Source: Massalongia carnosa
Lineage: Eukaryota
DNA length: 64,000 nt
Assembly: GCA_965645245.1 (NCBI GenBank)
Contig: OZ287068.1
Location: forward strand, 992,001 to 1,056,000
Reading direction: 5' to 3'
Both the position numbers and the translations under genes were made by a program. The notes under the pieces were generated by a model. The model was not told where the DNA came from. It saw nothing but the letters and a program-made list of their open reading frames with translations, and did not search any database. Positions 49,629 to 63,183 of the stretch are shown here, piece by piece. The number at the start of each line of letters is the position of its first letter. Position 1 is the stretch's first letter.

Positions 49629-51910
49629 CTACGAGGGGGATTTTAGTTCTAAAGCTGTGGCGGATTCTGTGGGGAAGTTTATACTTGGTGGATTAGAGGT
49701 AAGTACGGTGGCAGTATGCTTGATCGTTGGAGATCACAAACCAAGTGTAGCTAAAGATCATCCAAGAGAGCGTAAGTAGCCATCAGTCTTTTTCAATCCC
49801 ACCTGCACCCATCAGCAGATCCCGTGCCTACTTACATACCACCTTCCCGCCTTGCTCATTCTCGTGGTGCGAATGAAGACCAAACAAGGCAAAGCTTCTC
49901 GAACTCCAACAACCGTTTTAATTTCCAAAGACTCCATGAGAGTCAATCTCCTTAACATGAACGCTATCTGGAGGGATTGAGATAACTCTTGTATTTCGTG
50001 AGCTTCACAATGCTCTTGAAAGAGAGGACGAGGGTGGTTGTAGTTTTCAGGATTGACTCTCAACATTTTATACAGATTAAGGAGCTGAATGTCCGTTAAC
50101 CACCTATCGATGCGGCGAAGTATCAGCATGAAGGACAATGAATTTCTAAACGTAACCATACGATTCGCTACATCACATGACTACCATCGCCCATGGATAA
50201 CGTCACCTTCAAGTCACATGAAGCTTTTGCGAAGCCGCTACTTGGATATACTCGATTCTGTATCATCTTCCGACTTCTTGAAAAATATGAATTCAGCTTT
50301 GCTTTATAAGCTTCAGACCTTGCTCATCATGAGTACCTTTGACTTGTTATCGTCAGCTGTAACTCTTATGGCTAGATTCTCCCTAACTGCTAACTCCTAT
50401 TTGCAATTGTTGTAGAAGGAGAGAGGCACTATAGTATCCTAGACAAAGAGTAAAGTGAAAGAGGCCAGCTTTACGCATGAGATGGGACTCTTGTGCTTTG
50501 CATAAGGCATAAGACACATGTACCCCCAAAACTATATGATCTTTTTCTTCTCACATAAGGGGTGTGAAGGTAATGAAAAGGGGTGTCCCGGTATTAGTTC
50601 CCTTTTATATAACAGACGATTGCATCGAACTAGACCCAATTCAAATATATTTTAGGGCCGCAATATATACGGCACAGGAAATCCACGCAGAAGAAACGAG
50701 TGATAGGACGGAGTAGAAGCGGTTCATGAAGCCCAATAATGCAAGAAAGCGACAGCAGGCTATTCTTTGTGCAATCTCGAACCTAGTGTATATTCAATAT
50801 CTGACAGCCATTATAGATGTCGTTTGACGTCGTGTAACATCAACGAAAAAAAGCAAAGCAGGAACTTCCCAGCCTGGATCACAGGTTCAGTATATCGTCT
50901 AGAGATAATAGTGCCTCGAGCAACTGGATAGAGTTAGAGAACTCGACGGACCGGAGAGAATCCGCCGAGGAAATGAAAATGAGAAGGAAATTGGTCATCC
51001 ATAAAGGGAAACCGGAATCGCTGAGCGAATGGGCGATGGATAGCTTTTGTTATGTAACTACCTAGAAAGAAGTCCATCGCACCAGTACTTCTATATGCGT
51101 CCGACGGGATTGCACGCAATGTGTAATTCTAAGGTACTTTACATACTGGCCGCGTTTCGCTCGTTGTAGAATTGGCAATAAACCCCTCGGTTTTCTCCCT
51201 GATCCCTTTTCTCCTGAGATAGAAGAACTCCAACCCTTGCCCAGTTCTGTTTCCATTACAACCACCTACCTTCTGTATATGTAACCAGGCAATTGGGGGA
51301 CAAAAACTTACACAAAGACTCAATATACTGTATCAACAAATCAAATCAAATCAAAACCGCAGATAAGCACTAATTGGGTACCCATCCATCTTCTACCCAT
51401 CACCTCTTCAAAATATTCCCCCTTTGTATCCTCATTGTTTCAACGCAGGCAACGTTACGTTACATAACATAAAACGGAGTCAAAGCGAGTGAACAAACCA
51501 TACCATCAACCAACCAACACCTAGATAATTACTTCCTCTCCTTTTTGGTTGTTGGGGTTTCAAACAAAATAGCTCTCTTGCTCACTCATAGCTCCTTCAG
51601 TGTGAGGTTTGATCAAAGGGAAAACTGTGGGAGACTATTGTTCCAACCAGGCAGCTGCTGTATTCGTGCATGCATGAGCAAGACCAAAAATCCTATGATT
51701 CCAGGCGCTCCGCCCCTATACAATTTTCTATTAGACATATGAGGACGTACATGAACTTTCCACACCAAGCGTGTGTACATATCACGATTGGAATCTGTTC
51801 TAGCGCAAGTTAAAGACCGTTAACGCCATCTCCCTTTTCTGTCACGTCGAATACCTGTTCAACAGTTATTTTCCCTTCTCCCTCTGATCCCCCCCAAACC
51901 GAATATGATC

Positions 51911-53802
51911 TCAAGCTTTTCCACCTCCAATCTCCCCTCCCTGTCCCGCACCAGTAGCTGCCGCCAGCTTTCTGGCTTTCTTCCTTTCCGCCCACTCTCT
52001 CGACGCTAGGCGTCCCCTCTCTGCTGCCTCCGCCCTCGCCTTTCGTGCTGCCTCCTCCTTTTCCTTCTTAATGCGATCGCGTTCGTCTTGCTCTACGCGA
52101 TTGCGGTTGAAAACCTCCTTGCCACGAAGTTTCTGTTGCGCAAGATCCGGAGCGAGGAGGGGTACACGGATAGGTGTTGCTGAAATCGCTGAGACGCTAC
52201 TGTGGCGAGGGGGAGCAACTTTATTATTGAGCGAGGAAGGTTCGCGGACAAGGCGAGCGGAAGTGTTGGTTGATATTCGTGGGGAGCGCTTGGCCACCGA
52301 GAGGCTTGATAGGCGCTTGTTTGCATCTACCGACAAGATTGATCCCGCACTAGCAACTGGCTTGATTCTTATGGTACGATCGTTACCTTTGTTTGTATTT
52401 CCCGGGTCCGCTTTGGCTAGGCTTATGCGAGCCTTGCTGGTCGCAGTGGGTTTGACCACGGGAGCTTGACTGAGGCGAACAGGGCAGCCTTTGAAAACTG
52501 CTTTTTTTAGAGGCTCCTCTTCGCCACGCTTGAGACGTTCTTCGCGTTGCTCTTTGAGCTTTCGGGCCACGGCGTCGCCGGGAAGTTCGAAATTAGGGCG
52601 TGTGGGTGGTTTAGTGGATTTGACCGTTTGAAAGGGGGCTTTGTGTATAGAACTGACGCGCTTTGTAGTCGCTCTTGATTTTACTGTTGCAGTCGCAGAA
52701 AATGCAGTAGAAGGCTTAAGGATATTCCCAGGTCCAGATTCCAAGACATCCTCAAGTGCCGGTTTAAACACAGCACTAGATGGTGGTGAAGAAACTATTT
52801 TCCTAGATGCCAAGCTTGTTCTTGGTTTTCCTTTACTTACGCTGGAGGTAGCTGAGGCTGCAGCCAAGGTCTGTTTTCTTGTGTTGGTTGACATACCCAC
52901 ATTTTTTTTCGTAGCCCTAGGGGTATTGGCAGCTCTTTGCCTCTTCACTTTGCTGGAGTGTCGAGGTTCGTCAGGAATGGCTGGGATCAGCGCATCAACC
53001 ATCTCTATCGCCTCTTCAAACGCATCAAGAGCCTCCACTGAGTCTTCAATACATCTAAATTTTCTAACAGGTGATCTCCTCATGATCTGTTCCAGAAATA
53101 AATCCGCTTTCTCTTTGGAAATGTCTCCTGCGTGCTCTTTGCTCAGAGAGCCTCCACCCGCAGACTCAGATTTTATCATCTTAGCTGGAGTGTGGGAATC
53201 AATAGTTTCCACAAAGGAGTCTTCTTTGTTCCCGTCGGCAGTAGGAGTAGCATCTTTCTCTGATTTGTGTATTTCTGGGTCAAACTTTGGTGTTTGTGAC
53301 GTGGAATTGGATGTCGTCATTATGGCATTGACTGCAAGTGAGGGTGGTGTGCGAGGTCTTTCGTCGTGCACGACAACCTGATGAATTTCTAGTGATCGCA
53401 GAACATGTTAGCGGCTATTTTATTCGGAATAAGTCCCTTCCGATGTTTACCTCCAGAGCTATCTTGCATTAACTCATGACAAGCTTCATCAACAGCAGAG
53501 CTTGTCATGCTCTGATTATCATCTTCAAGCACCTCTACCACATCAGACTTAATTCTACGGTTTTCTGGCTTTTTGGCTTTCTTTGAAACCTTGCCTCTCT
53601 TTCTTTTCTCTTTCGGTTTATTCTCGCCCTCCAGTAAGTCTTGAATAGTAACCGGTATGATTGCCGTTCCTTCTTTGTTTCCAGTTATCTCACCAAGTGG
53701 TACACGTGTCACAGGGGTCAAAGGTAAAGGTGTCGCGGCTGCTAACTCAGCTTCTTCTAGCATAACCTGGGATCGAAGCGCGGCGCGGGTTATGCGAGGC
53801 AT
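51911..53802 (-). CDS. Uncharacterised basic, low-complexity protein with TPX2-like motifs
   Basis: Two exons (intron ~53389-53451). RVPLGEITGN D-box-like motif, IEDSVEALDAFEEAIE, KAPFQTVKSTKPPTRPNFELPGDAVARKLKEQREERL, C-terminal charged helix AEAAERGRLASREWAE. Confidence 0.8.
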
Positions 53803-53966
53803 ATTCAAGCGAACTATTGGCTATACTGAACACAAGGCAAAGGAATGAGAAATGGTTGTGATCAGAAGCTAAGGAAGAAATACTGAATGAGCGCAATGGT
53901 TAGATCGGTGTGAGAAAGGTAGGTAATGTACGCTTAAATGATGACACGACAAGGAACGCTATCGAT

Positions 53967-54091
53967 TGTTTACATAGCAACCGGGAGTTGCCGAGATCTT
54001 AGCGTGACCTCTTTTCGCGCCATATCGCGCCACAACGCGTGACACTCAACCAAACAGCCGTGTCAACCGTGTTTCACATCGTCTAACCGCG
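53967..54091. promoter_or_regulatory. Forkhead site plus MCB/CGCG cluster
   Basis: TGTTTAC 53967-53973; CGCG cores at 54016, 54026, 54036 (full ACGCGT 54035-54040) and 54088. Confidence 0.5.
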
Positions 54092-54244
54092 TAACAGCAC
54101 GTGGGCGTAAAGCTTTGCTCTTAGTTTATCCCTACTTTGGCACAATTAACGGGCATGTTGTTACTCTGTAAGGTGAGTATCTAAGCGAGGCTTTCGGTTG
54201 TCCAGTAACTATCATCAAATGTCCCCGGTATATAAATGACTGAT

Positions 54245-54827
54245 TCATTCAACATTCTCTGAGCCTGATGACGCCATGGCCGATAGTGGTGCCTCCACTG
54301 GTATCCGAACCAGAGTTTGCGGAAGAACCACCTCAGCGTTAGACTTTGAAGCTGCTTCTATGGCCTTATCATCGTCCTCATTCTTGGGCTTTGGTATCCT
54401 CACTATATATGATAAGTCTGAAAGAAATTATTAGGATTGCCGAGGAAGGGGCAATAGCTTACTAGACGCCATATTAATTGCTCGTAAGACATTGTGCCAA
54501 TTTGATAAAACAGTAGCGACAGCTACACCCAGTATTACACCGATTAGTAGCAGCAGCGTTAAAAGGACTGGCATTGGGGTGAACAAGGGGCTGGCAGTTA
54601 TGAAAACCTTCAGTTCCGTCGGACAGCATTAACAATTTCTCCTCTAGAGTCTGCATCTGCGTTGCAAGGCCTGCGCTCAGATCCCGTAGTTGCTTCAAGT
54701 TTTCAAGCTCAGCGCGCTTCTCATTGATACGAGCAGCCAGCATAGGCGAGTGTCCTGAATGAGCTTGGGAGCTGCCCATCGATGAGTGGCGCAAATTTGA
54801 GTTGAGGGGCCGACTTTGGTAAGACAT
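54245..54827 (-). CDS. DAD2: DASH/Dam1 complex subunit Dad2 (3 exons)
   Basis: ARINEKRAELENLKQLRDLSAGLATQMQTLEEKL..LSDGTE|AVATVLSNWHNVLRAINMAS|...LPQTLVRIP. Confidence 0.93.
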
Positions 54828-55199
54828 GATGAAGTGGCAAATATGGGAAGCCGCTCGATGCTATTGTCGTTGCGTTCCACGGGCTAGATTGTGTAAGGAG
54901 GAGAAACAACGCATATAGATAATTCGATTTTGTTTCTCTTGAAGCTTGAAAATTTGATAGTATCCCGTTAGGGTACCACTTCTCTGAGAGCTCTCGAACC
55001 TTGTAAGGCTGAAAATGACGCTAACACGGAAGATAGCGACTTCCGGTTTGTTTACTTTATCAACTCAAAGATGATATCCAACAAACGATCGTGAGATTAA
55101 ATTCGCTATTCGCGCTTCGTGCCAATCCCATATCAGGGCAGAAATGTGACAAGATATATCATTTAATTAAATTTATAAGGATCGGGTTTTTTTATGGAC

Positions 55200-57726
55200 A
55201 TGGCAAGGTCCACTGGACCTGCTCCCTCACTTGAGACCTTCGACGCTTGTTAGTCTACTGCATTCGCATATCTCTTGAATGAAAATTCTAATGTGTTGCA
55301 GTGAAAAGGCGGTTTGTACGGCAGAATCGGGAAATTGCTAAGTATGACTAAAGTCATCTACCCTCATGGTCTCGGATTGACGGTCGTAGGGCTAATTCGA
55401 CTCAATCAATTCGTATCCGAAATCTAGAGACCGAGGTTTCGCGTCTGCAGTCGGAGAACATCGATCTTCGAGAACGCATAATCAGTTTACAGTATGAGGT
55501 CGGCAAAAGGCCCGGCTGCTCGATGTGGGATGATATGGTCACCGTCAAGGGCAAATTGGAAGCAAAGTTGATCGAACTTGGAGGCTTGGTGCAAGAGCTT
55601 GGGAAGGTACAACCAGCAGCGGAAACCTATCAATCGCCGAAACAAAGGTCAATAGATAGGATATCGCCCAAAATATCTCCGGATCAAAAGACCTGGAAAA
55701 GCGCCTACCCACTTTCGGATGTCGCAGGTGGGGAGGAGGGGAGGTTACCACCAATTGTGGAAGGCAAATACTTTCCTAGAAAGACTCTGGAGTATGTGCA
55801 CTACTCTGGTGGGAAAAGGGAGTAGGATGTTCACTGATATTATTCTAGCGCTGAGGAGATTCTTCGGGAATCAGATGAGCAAGCAAATGTCACCGACTCT
55901 CCAGACATTGGACCTCCGCCTATTGCACATTTTGAAGAAGGCGATCCTGTAGATTATGCTGCGGCTCGGGAAATTGCTCCGGTGCATACACAAGACGAAT
56001 GCGAACAGCAGGGGCTATTTGCGAATCTAGAGACCAGAAAGAGACGGAGAGAAACCTCTAAAATTGTACAGTCAAAGAGTCACTGGCAAGCTGATAGCAA
56101 GCCTTCTCAACCTGTAGGTTTCACAGACTTGTCCAAGTCACTCGTACAACCACTTATGTTAGGGGCGAAGCGGAAGATAAGTGTTAAGGAGTTTGAGGGC
56201 ATCGAACAAGAAAACATTTCAGAAAACGAAGGTCTTGAGTTCAGTCGCAGACATGTACTGGCAGATTGGAACAAGAATGCTTTGTTGGCTTCCAAAATTC
56301 TCAAACCGGACAGCCTGGATGACCAAAAGCTTCCTCAAGAAGTTGTCAAGAGAGCAACCCAAGGAAAAGTAAAAGAATCAACACCTGTAACGACAACGAT
56401 AAGCCGGAAAGCTCTTGGGCCAAGTAAGTTAACTCTGATACACGGGTAAGTACTCATGGAGACTGACCGATGACTTTAGAAAGCGTCAATTCCGACCCTA
56501 TCTCCCCTGTCAAGCTTAGCAAATTCAGCAAGGCCGAAAAAGCGAGCACTCTGAAAGACGAAATCTCGAAAAAAGCCATCAGTCGCAGCCGGTTCAAAGA
56601 TAAGCAGTTGACCAAACCAATCCATGGCCCAAAAGATCTTGAGCCTATCAAAGTCACGAGTTTGGCTAAAAAGATAGACCCCGAGACGCCAGCACCTCTC
56701 GTAAGAGATCAAATGTCACCTGTATCCTCTAAGCCTTCGGCCCCTCGTCCTGATTCAAGGGATACCCCTCCGCCCACCGACCTTAAACCAGAAGTCTCCA
56801 ACGCAGGAGCTTTTGGAGCTGCCGCTAGAGCCACACGCCGCCCGCGAGGCGCTAGCATCAGCTACGCCGAACCAAATCTCAAGGGAAAGATGCGGCGGCC
56901 AACCAACAACCTCATCGACGCGGTCGGTAGTACGGGTGATCGGCCGCAGCATCTCCTTACCGTTACAATAGAAGATAAGACGTCTGAGCCTGAATGTGCC
57001 ACCGCAAAGCAGGACCCTATTGTCAAAAAAGAATACGATCCCGACGCTATCAATCCATGGAAGATTAGCTCCATAGAAAGAAGTCAAAATCAACTTGAAG
57101 GAAGAGCAGAGCCGGTAAGTCCGCTTGAGAACAAAGCTTCCGCAATGCCAGCGCTATTACCTACAAGTATGGTCACCGACCGGCGGAGACGCACAGTAGG
57201 CCTTCAACGCAACGAAGACGTGGCGACTGAGCAGGTGAATAATCACCCTGGCGCCGCGTCAGCAATCGCAGCCTTATCGGCTGGGAGTCAAAAATATAGA
57301 AGGCAAGATGATGAAAGCAGACGAAAAGCAGAACAGCCTGAAGCATCCAACATCTACGATTTCAGCCAAAGTTCCCCCCAGGCTGCAGCAGAAGACGATG
57401 GCTGCAGCAATAATATCTCCAAAACCCTAGATGTTCCCCCGCTTCGAGGTGTGCGAAGACCATTCGCTATGCTGGCCGCCGCAGAGGAAAGCTCTGCAGC
57501 CGAAGTGGGGAGCGGTGGAACTATAGCGAGCGCGATAACTGCCAAGAGGCGGGAGCGCAGGAGAGAATCCGTGGTGGGAGGTGCGAAAGAGGGAGGAGCG
57601 GGGGAACTGAAAATAGCGAGGAGTGCGGTGGGGTTAGGACATGGTGGGGGGGAAGATATAGTGGCGGCAGCAAGGTTAGGAAGGACGGAAAGAGCAGCAA
57701 GTCGGAGGAGGAGTATGATGCTCTAG
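55200..57726 (+). CDS. SGO1: Shugoshin
   Basis: N-terminal coiled coil LKRRFVRQNREIAKANSTQSIRIRNLETEVSRLQSEN; basic SGO motif RRPRGASISYAEPNLKGKMRRP; ends RRRSMML. An in-frame ATG also lies at 55194. Confidence 0.93.
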
Positions 57727-60700
57727 CTTTCGGTTTTCTTTCTCTTTCTCTTTCGCCCTTTAGGCAGGGGTTGAGGATTGAAGGGGGGGGGGAAGAACGG
57801 ATTACTATTGGTTAGGTAGCTTTGTTTGATTGGCTGGGTTTACAAACCCTCCCCTACCCCCCCATGGCGCATTTTTGGCAGCGATCCTACCTACCTACTA
57901 ATAGCCGTTCTCTCGTCTGTCAGTTTGTCGTTCGTTCGTTTTGATGGAACCCACCAACGAATTTCATTGAGCCAAAAAGGGGGGCTTCAGCGTCATGCTT
58001 ATTGTTGCTTTGTTTTTTTGTTTTTCTGTTTTGCTTTTTTTCAGAAATGGGGAACTGGGGTATTTCTGAAGGTAGATAGATATCGTATGTAGATAGATAG
58101 CTCCATAGGTATCCTTCTTGGGTTTTTTCTCGATGAATATGAATGAGTAGGCTCGCTTTATTAGGATTGAACGTTTGCGGATTTTGTAGGGGTGGTGGAG
58201 TTGGTAGGGGGTTATATGTAACTGATTTTTTAAATTGATATATAATTTCTTGTTCTTTTTCTTGTTGTTGCTGCGTAGGTACATATTCCCTCCACTTCTC
58301 TCTCGTCTCTTACGCACCAGATCTCAGTTCCAAAGATGGGGGGGGGGAGGGGTTAGCTACTTTGCTAGCCAAAAGGGGAAAGGGGGGAAAGAGAAAGAAG
58401 AAGAAAGAGGATTTTGGGGGGAAAGCATGAAAAATCCTCGAGGATATATCTATCTATCTATATGGCTCTTTACCACTCATAGGTGGGATAAGAAAAGCTG
58501 CTGCGAAGCGAAGAAAAGCCAAACTAGAGGAATTTGGATGGAAAGAGGAAGGGACACAATGAAGAGGTTAAGTTGGCTTTTGGGGGGGGGGGGGGGGCAT
58601 AGAAGAAGAGGAAAAAGAAGGGGTGGTGTGAGATAGATAGTAATAAAGAAAGTATGCACGAAGTTCGAGGGTGATAACGAAAAGGACGGTATGCGGCAAA
58701 GATAGATGTATATACGAGGATATGGATATTGATTATTAGTTTGTTAGTTTAGGGCTTTGAAGAGAAGCGGGCTGTATTTGATGGACGATAACCCCGAAGA
58801 GAAAGAAGTTGGAGAGGAAAGGGGAAACCCCTCTCGTTGTCTCTTTTTCGTACTTTATAAAATTTTTGTTATGTTGAGAATAAGGAGACCGACAGAATCA
58901 TCCTAGTATTTACTTCATCACATCTTTTTTACTTCGTATCCATGCTTTAGCGACCTCCGTGCCTGACCCCGTACGCACAGCCCTTTCATCTCCTATTCGC
59001 TTTTCCGTAGCATCGCATAGAAGGAACAAGGTAGATGAAGTGATAGAAGAAAGGGAGGAGGACGTACAGTTAATATAAAAAGGCAAGATTTTTAATGTAA
59101 AAACAAAAATGAGGGGGGATGGAAGTGATGAGACAGGCTATGAGGGTCACATAATTTGAGGAGGGATGGGAAAATAGAAATGAATTAGCCAAGTATAACG
59201 CCAGCGAGTCAACTATATGCTTCGGATCCTGAAGTGGGTTCTTTGAGGATTCTTGATACGGGGGGGTGTTTTGCATACGTCGATGAACTGCTTTAGACCC
59301 TTGCGAGCGAGATTCGAGCGTAATCTATACCTGGTTTCCCACTATTGCCTCCTTAGAATGTGTATCCATAGCGCTTTGGGAAAGGTGATTCGGAACCCTA
59401 TTGCCTAGAAGTCTCCACTGTTTTCCCATGACGCAGGACCCGGCACATGCGGTGAAAACGGCGCCTCTCACTGTTACCCACCCGCATTCGCATTGCCAAT
59501 TCTATTTTGCGCCGGAATTATTGATGCGCTTATTGCCTTTTGTTTGCTTGTGTTCGAATTGCTTTATTCTGACGGCAGAGTCTTGCAGACGAAGGTGGAG
59601 AGAAGGGTGTCGAAATCCGATATGTGGGTATATAGACAGTCAGATACGTAAGGACCTCCTTAGGTCAGATGCGTTGAGTGAATTGGGACTGGGTTGGGCG
59701 CAGCATTTGGGCTACGTTACCTCGTTAACATGAATCGAGCCCCGAACGCCCCACCCTGGCGCTCGCAGCAAAATCCATCAGGCTCAAGGTAAGCCCGCAG
59801 CGTAGAGGTCATCAGCTGATTCTAAACCCACTTGGCTTTTTATTTGCAGCGATGAGTCATTTTTTTAGGGCGTCTGTGGTTTGCTTGAATACCTGCAGCT
59901 TAAAAGGTTTCTTGCATCAAGAGGGCGACTTGCAGAATCTTGCTGATGTCGAAAACATTACAGAGATGCTTCTTGGGTCAACTCTCTCGGGTCAGGTGTG
60001 GAGACGAGCTAGCCAGGCAGCCGCGACATTTTAAGAGTGGGTGGTGACGCATCATGCATTGTTCCTTCTCTGGGAATGGGACACCAGGCTGGAGGCTTGT
60101 CCTCCCAAGCAGCCCTGGACCTTGTCGAGGAATGGTGTGACGGATGAGACTTCATTGTGACGTTAAGTGCTACTGCTTTAATGTTTTGCCTGGTTTGCGT
60201 GGATAAAGTGGGGTGGGTAAGACACTAAAGCATCCATCATCCCAGTCCTCGAAAGGGCTTTTTTAATTCCCTCAGACTTTTGCTTCTCCTTTTCAAATCC
60301 TGCAGGCACAAGTCGTGGCATGAGCTGCAAGGTCGTCAGGCAGTTTCCAAAGCGGTAGCGTTTGCGATAGTTACTAGGAGATTGGTGGGATACCATCATA
60401 CTCTGGAGTCGATACAGAGTACGGAATACCCAAGTCTTGACAAGTTGTCCAATAATTTTTCTAGCGTAAGTCCGGAGCAACCAACAAGACCAGTGGAGAC
60501 ACAAGTCTCTCGGCCTCTTTCTCACGCAGTCACATTCGTGCAACTCATATCCCGTAGAGTTAGGCTGCGGTCCACCGTCTCGCAGTCTCGCTTCATGACC
60601 CGACTTTCATGGGAGTGCGAGGTGCGAGCAAACACCATCACCCACACAGCCCAAACCCGTAACAAGGGACCGACCGTCTGGAAGAGATCTGGGATGCTGC

Positions 60701-63183
60701 GAATACCCGCCCATGAAAGATCCAGATCTCGCAATTCAGTGGTAAGGGGGGCCCATCTACCATCTAGTCCAATGAGAGCAGCTTGGGTCATGCATTTCCT
60801 CCAATGACGAGAGAAACCACGAGTAACCACGAGAAACGGTTGGCGCTCTATCGATGTAAGATCTTGTCATCAGGTTTCTCTAGGCGACCCATGAGATGAC
60901 AACACCATCAGGTACGAACAAGGCACGTATGTAGGTGTATGTACATATGTATTTATGTACCTGGTCGGTTGAAATATGCACCACATCCAAGCGAATCAAT
61001 CTTCACGACGACCGGTGATGTCTCCTTCAGGCTTCATAGAGACCCCGGCAGACTCACTTCCATTCCCCTCCAACTCCCTTGAGCAAGTTTTGAATTACCA
61101 TTTATTGGAAGGGCTGAAAACATCGGGTGATTTCTTCGCAATGACTAATCCTCCTCGTCGCCGATCGGAGAGATTATTACAGCATTCAGGGCATCGGTTG
61201 CTTAGAGGCGGCCGTAGTGGCAGATTAGGTTTTCGCAAAAGTTGGCGAGAGAGGCAGAAAAGGGGCAGAGAAGTATTCTGTGGAGGGCGAGGGCGTTAGG
61301 AAGCCAAGATCTTCCTCGACGCTTTTGCCCTGGACCTCGCCAGGTGACTAGGTAAACCCAAGTACTTACGGAGTACTCTCAAGAGTCGCACCATCTACGA
61401 TCTCGACTCCCTCCCTCCCTTAATCCAAATCTTCAGGCTCCCCCAAAATGTTTGCGAGGGAATGGGGGTTCTAGAGCAAAGTCCGTAGTTCGGCTTTTCG
61501 TGTCGGTATTTCGCGACCAGCAGCAGCAAGACCTTACAGATCAGAGATGACTAAATACGCTGAGTACCTACCTACCCAAAAACGTCCCATCCTCATTCGA
61601 GTCATCCGCCCATCCATCTCCATTTCCAGTTTCCCATTTTTCTTTCACATCCATGCCGCAAGTGCCCTCCCGGGAAGCGAAGAAGCAAATCTACCAGGAT
61701 CCCCGCATTCGTGTACCCCAAAGGGAAGTATGTAAGCCCTTTCGCCCCGTACCAGAATGTTTGTGAGATATCCGAGACCACCCTGGTCGCGATCCTACCC
61801 GTATTCTCCGAGCCTTTTCATTCCGTAGCCGCAGTGGGCGTTTTGGGGGGGTGAACCGAGGGCCTTTTAAACCCTTTCAGGATATCTTACGCATGGACGG
61901 AACTAGGTGTGCTAAGAGAAATTCCTCCAGTCAGCAGAATTCTGCAGTGAGCGGGCGCGGAGAACCGCTGGCAGCGCACTAGAGCTTTTCGTCAACGCCA
62001 TCGCGGGCTACAGATTGCTCGGTGAGCGTGTTAATTGGGTTTGGCGGAGGACTGTTTGGTAGCGAGAGATGGACCCTGTGGTGAGATCCGTAGACTTCGA
62101 TGTTGTGGGGGATTTGGCGTTTGGCGTTTGGCGTTTGGGGGGGGAGTGGGGTGCAGTGAGTGGTTGGCGTGAGCTGGAAAGAAGGAAGGATTTTCATTGG
62201 ACTCCTGTATGGAGGTGGAGTCTAGACGTAGACTTGGTCCCACGGCGGGTAGGAAGGGTACACAAGCTACAAAGCCCGGAATGACGAAATGCGCGTCAGC
62301 GACGTAGGATGTCCTGTATGACTAGATTTGAGGCAGGGATAATGAGATCGAATAGGCGGTGCGGAGCATTCTCTAAGACACACAGGGCGTGCGTGAGGGT
62401 GTAACTTGGGCACCGAGATCCCGCCTGGGCAAGAGACACATAATCTACGTTCCACGGTTTGGAACCCCGATCAGCGTGATACATATCATTTCGAACACCG
62501 TGAAGTTCTAAGTTGTCATGGCATGTGTAGTGGTCAACTTGGATATTTGTGCGATACTCGCTACCTATCCGAAGCGGAATAACAGGTACAGGCAGGCAAA
62601 GAGGCATCCATCAGCCATTGCTTCCGATCTCCTTAATTTAACATCCTCAATTCCAAAAATGCGTAACATTTACAATGTGCACTTGCATAAAACGCCCTTG
62701 TACACCAAAAGGTATACCCAAGCTAACCACGCTCGTCTTGATGTTTCAAACAACAGACAACACTGAAAAGAAGAAAAACGTCTATAGATGTGTGGAATCT
62801 TAACCCTCCGTGATGTCGCGCAAATGGTATAGGTAAACAAATGCACAATCGATGCCCAAACTCCTCCCATTTGTCCGATAGAACTTTTCGTTTTTTGTTC
62901 CCTGTGCGATGTGAGACTCCAGATGGTGTTGGCTATGGTGATACAGTACGACAAGAAAAGATATCCGACTTCAAATGCCCGACAAAGCGATGATAAGATA
63001 GATGCACCCATCCGCTTCCTGATAGACGTGAAAGATGAGTGGGGAGATGGAAAGAATTGGGTCGTAAATTTGCCCACTGAATGTGTAACCGCTAGAAAAG
63101 TGTGCCGTGAAGGGAACGATGGGCTTATAGACCTGAATGGAAGTTCCCCGAGAATGGAAATGTGCAGAAATAAGTCGGAATGG

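Noticed and set aside
57730..63180. Telomerase RNA, snRNA, RNase P/MRP or tRNA in the long gap
   Set aside because: No 1.5-repeat template (TAACCCTAA; only TAACCCT at ~62801) and no recognisable snRNA, P4 or tRNA box motifs by eye. An Rfam scan would be needed to exclude them fully.
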